From an uncultured Tolumonas sp. (GTDB lineage: Bacteria; Pseudomonadota; Gammaproteobacteria; Enterobacterales; Aeromonadaceae), in the NCBI RefSeq assembly GCF_963556105.3, contig NZ_CAUVYG020000005.1, positions 79,707-143,706 of the forward strand: 64,000 nt of DNA, in the 5' to 3' direction. This document shows, one piece after another, positions 1 through 9,191 of this stretch (position 1 is the first letter of the stretch; every line of letters begins with the position of its first letter). The translations under genes and the position numbers were made by a program. A model generated the notes under the pieces. The model saw only the letters and a list, made by a program, of their open reading frames with translations. It ran no database searches and had not been told where the DNA came from.

Positions 1-2
1 CG

Positions 3-1172
3 CATGCCTGTTACGGACACAACTCATTCTTCAAAAATAACTACTTGTTCAAGACCTGGACTGATGCCAGCTCCATCATCGACTATCTGGTGTTTGCCCG
101 TAATTACATCACTCAGTGTGAAGAAAAATATGGCATTGATGAGGTCGAAAGCCTGCTAGATGCCTGTCATGCGCTCATGAGTTATGGCGTTGATCGCTAT
201 AAACGCCCGCAAAAATTGTCGTTATCCGAAGAGCGACGCCGGCAAAAGCGTCGTGAAGAATATCTGCAAAGTCAGGTGAATGAACTTTGGCGCACACTGC
301 CTAAACGCCGCCAACAGGAAGATGATGCCTTATTAGGGCAACGCTACCCGGCTGAACCGGAAGAAAACATTCTCTATTTTCTGGAAAAAAACTCTCCATT
401 ACTGGAGGGATGGCAGCGCGAGATTATCCGCATCGTGCGTAAAATCAGCCAGTATTTTTACCCGCAAAAACAAACGCAGGTCATGAACGAAGGCTGGGCA
501 ACCTTCTGGCATTACACCATATTGAATCACCTGTATGACGAGGGAAAACTGAGTGACCGATTTATGCTGGAGTTTCTGCATAATCACACTAACGTGGTTG
601 CTCAACCGCCGTATAACAGCCCTTATTATTCCGGCATCAACCCATATGCATTAGGGTTTGCCATGTTTCAGGATCTACGCCGGATTTGCGAAAACCCGAC
701 ACCAGAAGATCGTGCCTGGTTCCCGGATTACGCAGGCAGTAACTGGTTAGATACCTTGCACTACGCCATGGAAAACTTTAAAGACGAGAGTTTTATCAGC
801 CAGTTTTTAAGCCCGAAAGTGATGCGTGATTTCCATCTGTTTGCAATTGAAGATGACGATCAGAAAGACTTCATCGAAGTTGCAGCTATTCACAACGAAG
901 AGGGTTATCGCAAGCTACGCCACAAATTATCGGCGCAATATAACCTTGGGGAGCATGAACCCAACATTCAGGTATATAACGTCGATCTGCGAGGCGATCG
1001 CACTCTTACCTTGCGCTATTACGCGAACAACCGCATTCCGTTGGCTGACTCCGCACAGGAAGTGATGAAACACCTGCATCACATCTGGAAATTTGATGTG
1101 GTTTTAGAGCAAGAAAACCCGGATGAACAAGTGCTGCCTATTGCTACAACCAAAAAAACAGCTCACGTCTGA
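3..1172 (+). CDS. spoVR: SpoVR/YcgB family protein, 5'-truncated by the window edge
   Basis: Frame is open from base 3 (HACYGHNSFFKNNYLF). Contains QTQVMNEGWATFWH and INPYALGFAMF, typical SpoVR motifs. Confidence 0.92.
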   Translation, partial: HACYGHNSFFKNNYLFKTWTDASSIIDYLVFARNYITQCEEKYGIDEVESLLDACHALMSYGVDRYKRPQKLSLSEERRRQKRREEYLQSQVNELWRTLPKRRQQEDDALLGQRYPAEPEENILYFLEKNSPLLEGWQREIIRIVRKISQYFYPQKQTQVMNEGWATFWHYTILNHLYDEGKLSDRFMLEFLHNHTNVVAQPPYNSPYYSGINPYALGFAMFQDLRRICENPTPEDRAWFPDYAGSNWLDTLHYAMENFKDESFISQFLSPKVMRDFHLFAIEDDDQKDFIEVAAIHNEEGYRKLRHKLSAQYNLGEHEPNIQVYNVDLRGDRTLTLRYYANNRIPLADSAQEVMKHLHHIWKFDVVLEQENPDEQVLPIATTKKTAHV

Positions 1173-1185
1173 GATCTGCAACTCC

Positions 1186-1225
1186 AACCGTTTATGGCGT
1201 TTTAACCGCGCCATAAGCGGTTTTT
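1186..1225 (+). terminator. Intrinsic terminator after spoVR
   Basis: AACCGTTTATGGCG / CGCCATAAGCGGTT stem followed by a T run. Confidence 0.75.
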
Positions 1226-1314
1226 GATGTTCATTTCTGCCAGCCTAAGTTTCGCATTACATCACAGTATGAGCTAACTCTGCATTTGTACTAGCGTTTT
1301 TGACTATGCTTATA

Positions 1315-1341
1315 TTGAAAATCGCATTCCTGACCTTATTT
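1315..1341 (+). promoter_or_regulatory. Putative sigma-32 (RpoH) promoter of the Lon paralog
   Basis: TTGAAA-N13-CCTTATTT versus consensus TTGAAA-N13/14-CCCCATWT, upstream of a protease gene. Confidence 0.5.
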
Positions 1342-1374
1342 TAACATCATCATTTACTGTAACAGGTGCGTGAT

Positions 1375-3765
1375 ATGAGCATTGAAAACGAATCAACAAC
1401 AGCAGAAGTACATCCTAAAACGGGACTGATCGTCCCCGGTCAGGAACGGCCAGCACAGCTATACATTCTTCCCATTCAAGGTCGTCCTTTTCTTCCGGCA
1501 CAAGTTTTACCGGTACAAATCCAGGCAAACCCTTGGGGCAAAACCATTGAGCGTGTTGCTCATACGGCACATAAAATGGTTGCCCTCTTCCGTATTGGCG
1601 ATGATGTAAGTGACGCCATTCCACTAAAAGATATTGTTCCTAAAACCGGCTGCGCCGTGCGAATTTTGCAAGCCAGCAGTGGTGAAGGCGAGATCCAATT
1701 CGTGGCAGAAGGGGTTCAGCGAGTTGAAATTGTCAATTGGCTCACGGATAAACCACCCTATCTGGTCGAAGTCCGTTATATGGAAAATGATCAGGCTGAA
1801 TCAGAAACTGAAATCAAAGCCTATGCCATGGCATTGATCGGTGCATTGAAAGAGTTACTACCGATCAACCCGTTATACAGCGAAGAGCTGAAACACTATA
1901 TGAACCGTTTCAGCCCGAATGACCCGTCCCCGCTGGCTGATTTAGCCGCAGCAATCACCACTGCCAGTGCCGAAGAATTACAAGAGGTGCTGGACACCTC
2001 GCTGTTGATCCCGCGGATGAAAAAGTCGCTGGCGATCCTGAAAAAAGAGATTGAAGTCGCCAAGCTGCAGACGCAGATCCGCGAAGAGGTCAACAAAACC
2101 ATCAGCGAACGGCAACGTGAGTTCTTTTTGCATGAACAGCTGAAAGTGATCCAAAAAGAATTAGGCTTGGAAAAAGACGATAAAACGGCCGAAGTGGAAG
2201 GCTTCAATGCCCGGATGAAAGATAAAAAAATACCGCCCGCCGTACAGAGTCGTTTTGATGAAGAGCTGAAAAAACTGCAAATTCTGGAAACCGGTTCACC
2301 CGAATATGCGGTAACACGGAATTATCTCGACTGGATCAGCCAAGTGCCGTGGGGGGTTGAAAAAGAGCAACGCATCGATTTAAAAAAGGCCCGCAAAATC
2401 TTGGATCAAGACCATGATGGGCTGACTGATGTCAAAGATCGCATTATCGAATTTCTGGCGGTAGGTGCGTATAAAAATGCCATCAGTGGTGCCATTATGC
2501 TGCTGGTTGGCCCCCCGGGCGTAGGTAAAACGTCAATTGGTCATTCCATTGCCAGCAGCTTAGATCGCCCATTCTTCCGCTTTAGTGTCGGTGGTATGCG
2601 CGATGAGGCTGAGATCAAAGGGCATCGCCGCACCTATATTGGAGCGATGCCGGGGAAAATTGTGCAGGCATTAAAAGAGTGTCAGGTGATGAACCCGGTC
2701 ATTATGCTCGATGAAATCGATAAGATCGGGATCAGTCATCAAGGCGATCCGGCCTCTGCCTTGCTGGAAACGCTCGACCCTGAACAGAATATTAACTTCC
2801 TCGATCACTATCTTGATTTGCGTCTTGATCTGTCGAAATGCTTATTTATTTGCACGGCCAATACGCTGGATTCGATCCCGACGCCGTTATTAGACCGTAT
2901 GGATACCATCCGTCTATCCGGTTATTTGGCGGAAGAGAAACTGGCGATTGCCCGTCACCATCTCTGGCCACGCCAGTTGGAACACGCAGGTGTACCGAAT
3001 GGTAAATTAAAGATCACCGATGCAGCCATAAAAGGCATCATCAATGGGTATGCCCGTGAGGCCGGCGTGCGTAATCTGGAAAAACAGCTGGCAAAAATTG
3101 TGCGTAAATCCGTTGTTGAGCTGCTGAATGAAGATGCCAAAGAGATCAATGTCAAAGCCAGCGGACTAGAACATTTCTTGGGCAGCCCCCTATTCCGTAA
3201 AGAGAAAAATCTGAGCGGTGTGGGCATTATCACCGGCCTGGCATGGACATCTCTCGGTGGCGCCACCTTGCCGATAGAAGCCAGTGTTGTGCATCAGCAA
3301 GGTCGTAGTTTCAAACTGACAGGCCAGTTAGGTGATGTAATGAGAGAGTCCGCAGAGCTGGCCTATAGCTTTATCAGCAGCCATTTACGTGAGCTGGGGG
3401 CTGATCCGCAGTTTTATGACCGAGCCGCCATTCATCTGCATGTACCGGAAGGGGCAACCCCCAAAGATGGGCCTAGTGCGGGTATCACCATGGCCAGTGC
3501 TCTGCTCTCTTTAGCTTTAAACCGGCCTCCAGTGAAAGGTTTTGCTATCACTGGCGAATTAACGTTAACAGGACATGTGCTGGCCATTGGCGGGGTACGC
3601 GAAAAAGTCATTGCCGCCAAACGGCTTGGGATCCACCAAATTATTGTGCCGGAAGCAAATCAAGGCGATGTGGAGGAACTGCCGGAATATGTGAAAGAAG
3701 GTGTTACGTTCCACTTTGCCAGTCAGTTCCGTGACGTCGCAAAACTGCTTTTCCCTGTACAATAA
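1375..3765 (+). CDS. lon: ATP-dependent Lon protease, AsrA/Lon2-type paralog
   Basis: Walker A GPPGVGKT, Walker B IMLDEIDK, catalytic KDGPSAG and GGVREK. N-terminus LYILPIQGRPFLPAQVLP resembles Pseudomonas AsrA. ATG 1375 follows an AGGTG SD (track start is GTG 1366). Confidence 0.92.
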   Translation: MSIENESTTAEVHPKTGLIVPGQERPAQLYILPIQGRPFLPAQVLPVQIQANPWGKTIERVAHTAHKMVALFRIGDDVSDAIPLKDIVPKTGCAVRILQASSGEGEIQFVAEGVQRVEIVNWLTDKPPYLVEVRYMENDQAESETEIKAYAMALIGALKELLPINPLYSEELKHYMNRFSPNDPSPLADLAAAITTASAEELQEVLDTSLLIPRMKKSLAILKKEIEVAKLQTQIREEVNKTISERQREFFLHEQLKVIQKELGLEKDDKTAEVEGFNARMKDKKIPPAVQSRFDEELKKLQILETGSPEYAVTRNYLDWISQVPWGVEKEQRIDLKKARKILDQDHDGLTDVKDRIIEFLAVGAYKNAISGAIMLLVGPPGVGKTSIGHSIASSLDRPFFRFSVGGMRDEAEIKGHRRTYIGAMPGKIVQALKECQVMNPVIMLDEIDKIGISHQGDPASALLETLDPEQNINFLDHYLDLRLDLSKCLFICTANTLDSIPTPLLDRMDTIRLSGYLAEEKLAIARHHLWPRQLEHAGVPNGKLKITDAAIKGIINGYAREAGVRNLEKQLAKIVRKSVVELLNEDAKEINVKASGLEHFLGSPLFRKEKNLSGVGIITGLAWTSLGGATLPIEASVVHQQGRSFKLTGQLGDVMRESAELAYSFISSHLRELGADPQFYDRAAIHLHVPEGATPKDGPSAGITMASALLSLALNRPPVKGFAITGELTLTGHVLAIGGVREKVIAAKRLGIHQIIVPEANQGDVEELPEYVKEGVTFHFASQFRDVAKLLFPVQ

Positions 3766-3771
3766 TTAACC

Positions 3772-3800
3772 AGAGCAGCGATCGTTATCGCTGCTCTTTT
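3772..3800 (+). terminator. Intrinsic terminator after lon
   Basis: AGAGCAGCGAT-cgtt-ATCGCTGCTCT then TTT. Confidence 0.8.
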
Positions 3801-3994
3801 GCCTTAAACAATGTGTCTCGATTCAGCAATGATCCTGTTCACAAAACAAACAACTATTTCCCATATAGCTCTGTTTTTTCTCTAGAGTTATTCAGTAGTA
3901 CCCTATTGGGACGTTTTTTCTGTTTGTTTAATGAACTTTTTTATTTCAAGTATTGTCAAAACTAACGGTACTTACTGCAAGAGGAAGAGCGGCC

Positions 3995-4186
3995 ATGCAA
4001 AGAGTTGACTATACCCGGATCAAATCCCACGTATTCGACACCCTCGAAGGCTACAACTCACCTTACCAAGAAGCCAAAAAGATGTGCGTACAAAGTGGCT
4101 ATCCGTTTGGTGTAAGGGAAGAGCAGATGGTATCTAACGCCATCAGTGAATTTCACGGCTGGCGCGAGAATTTACCTGAAATCTAG
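3995..4186 (+). CDS. Small hypothetical protein (63 aa)
   Basis: ATG 3995 is preceded by GAGGAAGAG. The ORF fills the intergenic gap and is followed by its own terminator. Confidence 0.6.
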   Translation: MQRVDYTRIKSHVFDTLEGYNSPYQEAKKMCVQSGYPFGVREEQMVSNAISEFHGWRENLPEI

Positions 4187-4208
4187 AGCCGGATTACAAT
4201 ATTTCGTC

Positions 4209-4238
4209 AGCCCGCCTTGTTCGCACGGCGGGCTTTTT
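4209..4238 (+). terminator. Intrinsic terminator after the small ORF
   Basis: AGCCCGCC / GGCGGGCT stem plus TTTT. Confidence 0.75.
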
Positions 4239-4266
4239 ATTTTAATAGCACATCGCAGGAATACCC

Positions 4267-6342
4267 ATGGTTTCTGCCCCTAAAAAACTCTCCGCCGGAC
4301 ACTGCCGTCAGCTCGGTGCGACCCCTGAAGGCCATGGCACCAATTTCGCCATCTGGGGGCGGCTTGCCAAATCCATGGAGCTACTGCTGTTCCATTCCGA
4401 AAAAGATGAACAACCAGACATCATCACCCTGTCGGAAGAGCAATACCGCTCGGGTTATTATTGGCATGTGCATGTCGCAGGCGTCACCGCCGGCCAGCTA
4501 TATGCGTGGCGAGTCAAAGAGGCTTTTTCAAACGCACCGGGCACGCACTTTGACCCAGAAAAGGTGCTGTTAGACCCTTACGGGCAACGCATCGTGTTGT
4601 CGGAAAATTATGGTCGCCAGCTCTCTGCAAAACCCGGCAGTAATCTGCACTGTTGCGCCAAAAACGCAGTGGTCGACTTACGGCATTATGATTGGGAAGA
4701 TGATCATTATCCCCGCCATCCCCTTTCTCGCTCGGTGATTTATGAAATGCATGTTGGGGGGTTCACCAAAGATCCGTCATCCGGTTTACCTGATTTTTTG
4801 CGAGGCACCTATGCCGGCGTGATCAGCAAAATCCCCTATTTGCAGGAATTAGGCATTACTGCTGTCGAATTACTACCGATTTTTCAGTTTGACCCGCAAG
4901 ATGCCCGGCCGGGAAAAAGTAATTATTGGGGTTACAGCCCGATGGGATTTTTTGCGCCGCATGCAGAATATGCCAGCGTTGGCTCACATCTGGGTGTGTT
5001 AACTGAATTTCGTGACATGGTGAAAGCGCTGCACAAAGCCAATATCGAAGTCATTCTCGATGTTGTCTACAACCATACCGCAGAAGGTGGCGATGATGGC
5101 CCCGTGATCTGTTTTCGCGGGCTGGATAACGATGCGTTTTATACGCTGGATGAACATTATCGCAGCACCAATTATTCCGGCTGTGGTAACACGTTAGATG
5201 CCTCGCATCCGATGACCAAAAAAATGATCACCGATAGCCTGCGTTTCTGGCGCGAAGAGATGCATGTTGATGGTTTTCGCTTTGACTTAGCCGCTATTTT
5301 ATCCCGCGATAGTTATGGGCAACCGATGAGTGATCCACCGACGATACGCACGATTGATAACGCCTACTCACTCGCAGACGCCAAACTCTTTGCTGAAGCC
5401 TGGGATGCTGGCGGACTATATCTGGTTGGGAAAATGGTAGGTGATCGCTGGCGGGAATGGAATGGCCGCTTTCGCGATGACGTACGCCGGTTTATTAAAG
5501 GCGATGATGGCATGGTTTCAGCTTTCGCTACACGGCTAATTGGTAGCCCTGATATCTATCACCCGCAATATACCGACCCCTATAAAAGCCTGAATTTTAT
5601 TACCTGTCATGATGGTTTTACCTTGTGGGATCTGGTCAGTTACAACCAAAAACACAATGAAGAAAATGGGGAAAATAATCGTGACGGCAATAATGATAAT
5701 TACAGCTGGAATCATGGTGTTGAAGGCCAAACCGATGACCCGCAAATTAATGCGTTACGTTTACGTCAGGTAAAAAACTTTTTTATCATCAATCTGTTAT
5801 CGGGAGGCACCCCGATGATACAAATGGGTGATGAAACACTGAGAACTCAGTCTGGTAATAACAATGTCTATTGTCAGGATAACCCAACCAGTTGGTTAAA
5901 CTGGCAACCGGGGTTGCACGGTCGTGAAATGCTACGTTTTGTGAAGGAATTAATGCGCTATCGTTCGATCTTAAAAGAAGAACCACGCGCATTTTTCTCA
6001 CTGGCAAAAGCACTGGAATACGCCAAGATAGATTGGCATGGCGTGCAACCATTTCAACCAGACTGGAGCGACGCTTCGCATGCGCTGGGCTTAACTGCTT
6101 ATGACCCAGGCAACAAAGCCGATGTTTACGCTTTTTTTAATGCTTGGTGGAAACCACTGACCGTAACCTTGCCTGCGCCACCGCATTATCCACAAGGGCG
6201 CTGGAAACGAGTGTGCGATACCGGGTTGTTGCCACCCGCAGATATTACGCCATTAGGCTGTGAATACACTGAAGTGCTGACGGCTGAATATCAGACCGAG
6301 CCACACTCGGTGGTGGTATTGGTTTGTGTGCGTAATAGCTAA
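4267..6342 (+). CDS. glgX: Glycogen debranching enzyme / isoamylase (GH13)
   Basis: NYWGY, LDVVYNHTAEG, and catalytic motifs GFRFDLA, AEAWD, CHDGFTL. Confidence 0.93.
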   Translation: MVSAPKKLSAGHCRQLGATPEGHGTNFAIWGRLAKSMELLLFHSEKDEQPDIITLSEEQYRSGYYWHVHVAGVTAGQLYAWRVKEAFSNAPGTHFDPEKVLLDPYGQRIVLSENYGRQLSAKPGSNLHCCAKNAVVDLRHYDWEDDHYPRHPLSRSVIYEMHVGGFTKDPSSGLPDFLRGTYAGVISKIPYLQELGITAVELLPIFQFDPQDARPGKSNYWGYSPMGFFAPHAEYASVGSHLGVLTEFRDMVKALHKANIEVILDVVYNHTAEGGDDGPVICFRGLDNDAFYTLDEHYRSTNYSGCGNTLDASHPMTKKMITDSLRFWREEMHVDGFRFDLAAILSRDSYGQPMSDPPTIRTIDNAYSLADAKLFAEAWDAGGLYLVGKMVGDRWREWNGRFRDDVRRFIKGDDGMVSAFATRLIGSPDIYHPQYTDPYKSLNFITCHDGFTLWDLVSYNQKHNEENGENNRDGNNDNYSWNHGVEGQTDDPQINALRLRQVKNFFIINLLSGGTPMIQMGDETLRTQSGNNNVYCQDNPTSWLNWQPGLHGREMLRFVKELMRYRSILKEEPRAFFSLAKALEYAKIDWHGVQPFQPDWSDASHALGLTAYDPGNKADVYAFFNAWWKPLTVTLPAPPHYPQGRWKRVCDTGLLPPADITPLGCEYTEVLTAEYQTEPHSVVVLVCVRNS

Positions 6343-6352
6343 TTTATGCCAT

Positions 6353-6380
6353 AAAAAAAGCGGCCTCAGAAAGAGGCCGC
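6353..6380 (-). terminator. Terminator of the efflux operon
   Basis: GCGGCCTC/GAGGCCGC stem. The A run at 6353-6359 gives a U-tract on the minus strand. Confidence 0.7.
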
Positions 6381-6409
6381 AAAACATTCCACCAATAAAG
6401 GAAAGATGA

Positions 6410-7951
6410 CTAATGAACGGCGGATGTATCCACTATTTTGGTTGGCCTTGGTGCCAGCCAGATAGCAAATGCGGCGATAGTAAATAACACGGCGATAGCC
6501 ATAAAAATTTTGTTCGTGGCAACCATGACGCTTTGTCCTTGCAGCATCCAATCCATGATGCCACGAGCTTGATCAACCACCATGCCTGATCCGGTCATCG
6601 CATCGGTCGCCGCACCAGATTGATCGGTTAACCCCGATAACTCAGCATGCACATAACGGGTCTGATTTTCCCATGAAGTGTTTACCATCGAAGTAGCAAA
6701 TGCTCCCGATAAGGTTCGGATAAAATTCATCAAACCGGCTGCCGACTCCATTTCCCGATCAAGCACACAACCCAATGCCAATCCGGTCAGGGGAACAAAA
6801 AACAGCGGCATGCCGATCCCCTGGAATAACATCGGCAAACTGATTTGCCAGAAGGTCATGTCCATGTTGGCGTTGCTGCGATAGAGCGTCCACATACCCA
6901 GCCAGAGCACGCCCATAAACACCAGTGGCCGCGGATCCATCTTGGTTGCCAGATTGGCAATTGCTGGCGCTAAAAAAACGGCCAGAATCCCCATCATTGC
7001 TGTTGAGTAACCGGCAATAGTGGCGGTATACCCCATGTAGATCTGTAACCAAAGCGGCGTTAACACGGTAATACCAAAGAAAGCACCAAAGCCCAGCGAA
7101 AGCGTTAACATGCTGGTTGCATAACCACGATGGCGGAACACTTTCAGATCCACCACCGGATTGCGCGCGGTTAGTTCCCAGATCAGAAATGCCGCAAAAC
7201 CAATCAGCGCCACAATGCCTAAAATCACAATGCGGTTTGATGCAAACCAGTCATGATCCTTGCCTTCATCCAGCATGATTTGCAGTGCGGCCACCCACAC
7301 CACCAGCAATACCAACCCGACGATATCCATACGTGATTTGGCGGTTTTGGTTTCAAATTGCTGTAGCAATTTCCAGCACAACACACCGGCGACAATGGCA
7401 AACGGGGCTTTGACAAAGAAGATGTAAGGCCAGCTCAATTGATCACAAAGAATACCACCCAGAATTGGCCCCATGATTGGTGCCACCAGCGTGGTCATAC
7501 TCCAGATCCCGATCGCGGCATGTTTTTTCTCTTTCGGAAATATTCGCATCATCAGCGTCTGTGACAATGGCATCAGCGGGCCACCGGAAAAACCCAGAAA
7601 GACGCGGAATAACACCAGCATATTCATGCTGGTTGCCATGCCACACAGGGCAGAAAAAACACCAAACATGATCAGGCAAGTGACAAACACGCGCATGGAA
7701 CCAAAACGCGAAGCCAGCCAGCCCGTTAGCGGTACAGAGATCGCTTCAGCCACCGCATATGAGGTGATGACATAGGTACCCTGACTGGTTGAAGTGCCCA
7801 GACTACCGGCAATATTAGATACCGACACGTTAGCAATGGTGGTATCCAATATCGCCAGGAAATTAGCGGTAGCCAATAAAATGGCCCCCAATGCTAATTT
7901 CCCACCGGATAACGGCTGCGGGAAATTTTCAATCGATGGTGAATGGCTCAT
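6410..7951 (-). CDS. emrB: DHA2 family MFS multidrug efflux permease (EmrB/VceB-like)
   Basis: ILDTTIANVS, WLASRFG, FRVFLGFSGGPLMPLSQ, GPILGG motifs; about 14 hydrophobic segments. Confidence 0.9.
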   Translation of the reverse strand: MSHSPSIENFPQPLSGGKLALGAILLATANFLAILDTTIANVSVSNIAGSLGTSTSQGTYVITSYAVAEAISVPLTGWLASRFGSMRVFVTCLIMFGVFSALCGMATSMNMLVLFRVFLGFSGGPLMPLSQTLMMRIFPKEKKHAAIGIWSMTTLVAPIMGPILGGILCDQLSWPYIFFVKAPFAIVAGVLCWKLLQQFETKTAKSRMDIVGLVLLVVWVAALQIMLDEGKDHDWFASNRIVILGIVALIGFAAFLIWELTARNPVVDLKVFRHRGYATSMLTLSLGFGAFFGITVLTPLWLQIYMGYTATIAGYSTAMMGILAVFLAPAIANLATKMDPRPLVFMGVLWLGMWTLYRSNANMDMTFWQISLPMLFQGIGMPLFFVPLTGLALGCVLDREMESAAGLMNFIRTLSGAFATSMVNTSWENQTRYVHAELSGLTDQSGAATDAMTGSGMVVDQARGIMDWMLQGQSVMVATNKIFMAIAVLFTIAAFAIWLAPRPTKIVDTSAVH

Positions 7952-7962
7952 CGCTGACCGCC

Positions 7963-9171
7963 TTAACCCTGAGAATTAGCCGATGGCACTTTGTGTTCCG
8001 CAACAGCCTGTGTCACTTGTGCAGCAGAAGTGTCAATGGTCGCTTCCATCGATAATCCGACCTGCAGTGGGCGATGTTTCATCTCATTGGCATCGAGCGT
8101 GATACGAACCGGCAGACGCTGAACGACTTTGATCCAGTTGCCCGTTGCATTTTGTGCCGGGATCATCGAAAACGCAGAACCAGTCCCCCCCGACAAGCCA
8201 CTCACTGTGCCGTGATACACCACTTTGTCACCATAAATATCAGCAGTAACTTCTACTGGCTGACCAATTTTCACATTGCGTAATTCCACTTCTTTGAAAT
8301 TGGCATCAACGTGAATATTTTGTGTCGGCACCACGCTCAGCAAAGGAGCGCCGATCTGCACACGACGGCCAATTTGTACCTGACGTTTTGCAATCGTGCC
8401 ATCGACAGGCGCTTTGATGACGGTACGTTCCAGATCAATTTGTGCCTGTTCATAACGGGCTTTCGCCAACAGCACTTCCGGGTTGGTTTCCACAGTCGTA
8501 TCCACTGTCAGCGCTGCATTCGCTTTCTTTGAACCAATGGTGGATAGACGATTCGCGCTGCTTTGTGCCGCTGCCGCACGGGCTGCACTCAGATTAGCCT
8601 GAGCTTGGGCTAAGCCATTTTTTGCATTCGTCAGCTCTTCACCCGACACGGAACCAGAAGCAGACAATGCCTGACGACGTTGCAGATCAACCTGGGCACG
8701 ATTCAAATCAGCTTGTGCAGCTTCCAGTTGGGCCTGCGCTCGTTTTTCATCCGCTTCGCGTGCCTTAACTTGGGCAGACAATCCTTCATCATTAGCCAGA
8801 TAACTGTGAACCCGACGTTTTGCCAGCCCCAGATCTGCCGCCGCTTGCGCCAACGCTAAACGTGCATCGGTGTCATCTAACACAACCAATACATCGCCTT
8901 TTTTCACTTGCTGCGTATCTACCACGTTGACGGCTTTGACGATACCACCAACGGCCGGCGTCACTTCTGCCAACTCAACCGCGGTATAGGCGTTATCCGT
9001 CGACACGTAACTGGAAGCAAAGAAATACCAATAACAGCCATAACCCGCACCAGCCAATGCAATAGCAGCCGCAAGACCGATAAAGCCTTTTTTACGAGAT
9101 GCCCCCGCACGCGATGCATCAAACTCATCGTCAAATTGGTCCATCGTGGTATCTGAATTCATCTGAGTCAT
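7963..9171 (-). CDS. emrA: Membrane fusion protein (EmrA/VceA-like)
   Basis: N-terminal TM, VSTDNAY, ANFKE, FSMIPAQNATGNWIKVVQRLPVRI. Confidence 0.92.
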   Translation of the reverse strand: MTQMNSDTTMDQFDDEFDASRAGASRKKGFIGLAAAIALAGAGYGCYWYFFASSYVSTDNAYTAVELAEVTPAVGGIVKAVNVVDTQQVKKGDVLVVLDDTDARLALAQAAADLGLAKRRVHSYLANDEGLSAQVKAREADEKRAQAQLEAAQADLNRAQVDLQRRQALSASGSVSGEELTNAKNGLAQAQANLSAARAAAAQSSANRLSTIGSKKANAALTVDTTVETNPEVLLAKARYEQAQIDLERTVIKAPVDGTIAKRQVQIGRRVQIGAPLLSVVPTQNIHVDANFKEVELRNVKIGQPVEVTADIYGDKVVYHGTVSGLSGGTGSAFSMIPAQNATGNWIKVVQRLPVRITLDANEMKHRPLQVGLSMEATIDTSAAQVTQAVAEHKVPSANSQG

Positions 9172-9191
9172 TTTAAAATTCCTGTATTAAA

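Noticed and set aside
3-3765. Functional coupling of SpoVR with the Lon paralog
   Set aside because: A strong terminator and a separate candidate promoter lie between them, so adjacency alone is insufficient.
4217-4573. 118-aa alternative-frame ORF overlapping the glgX start, and 151-aa ORF 56870-57325 opposite pilU
   Set aside because: They overlap well-supported genes, lack an SD and have no recognisable motifs.
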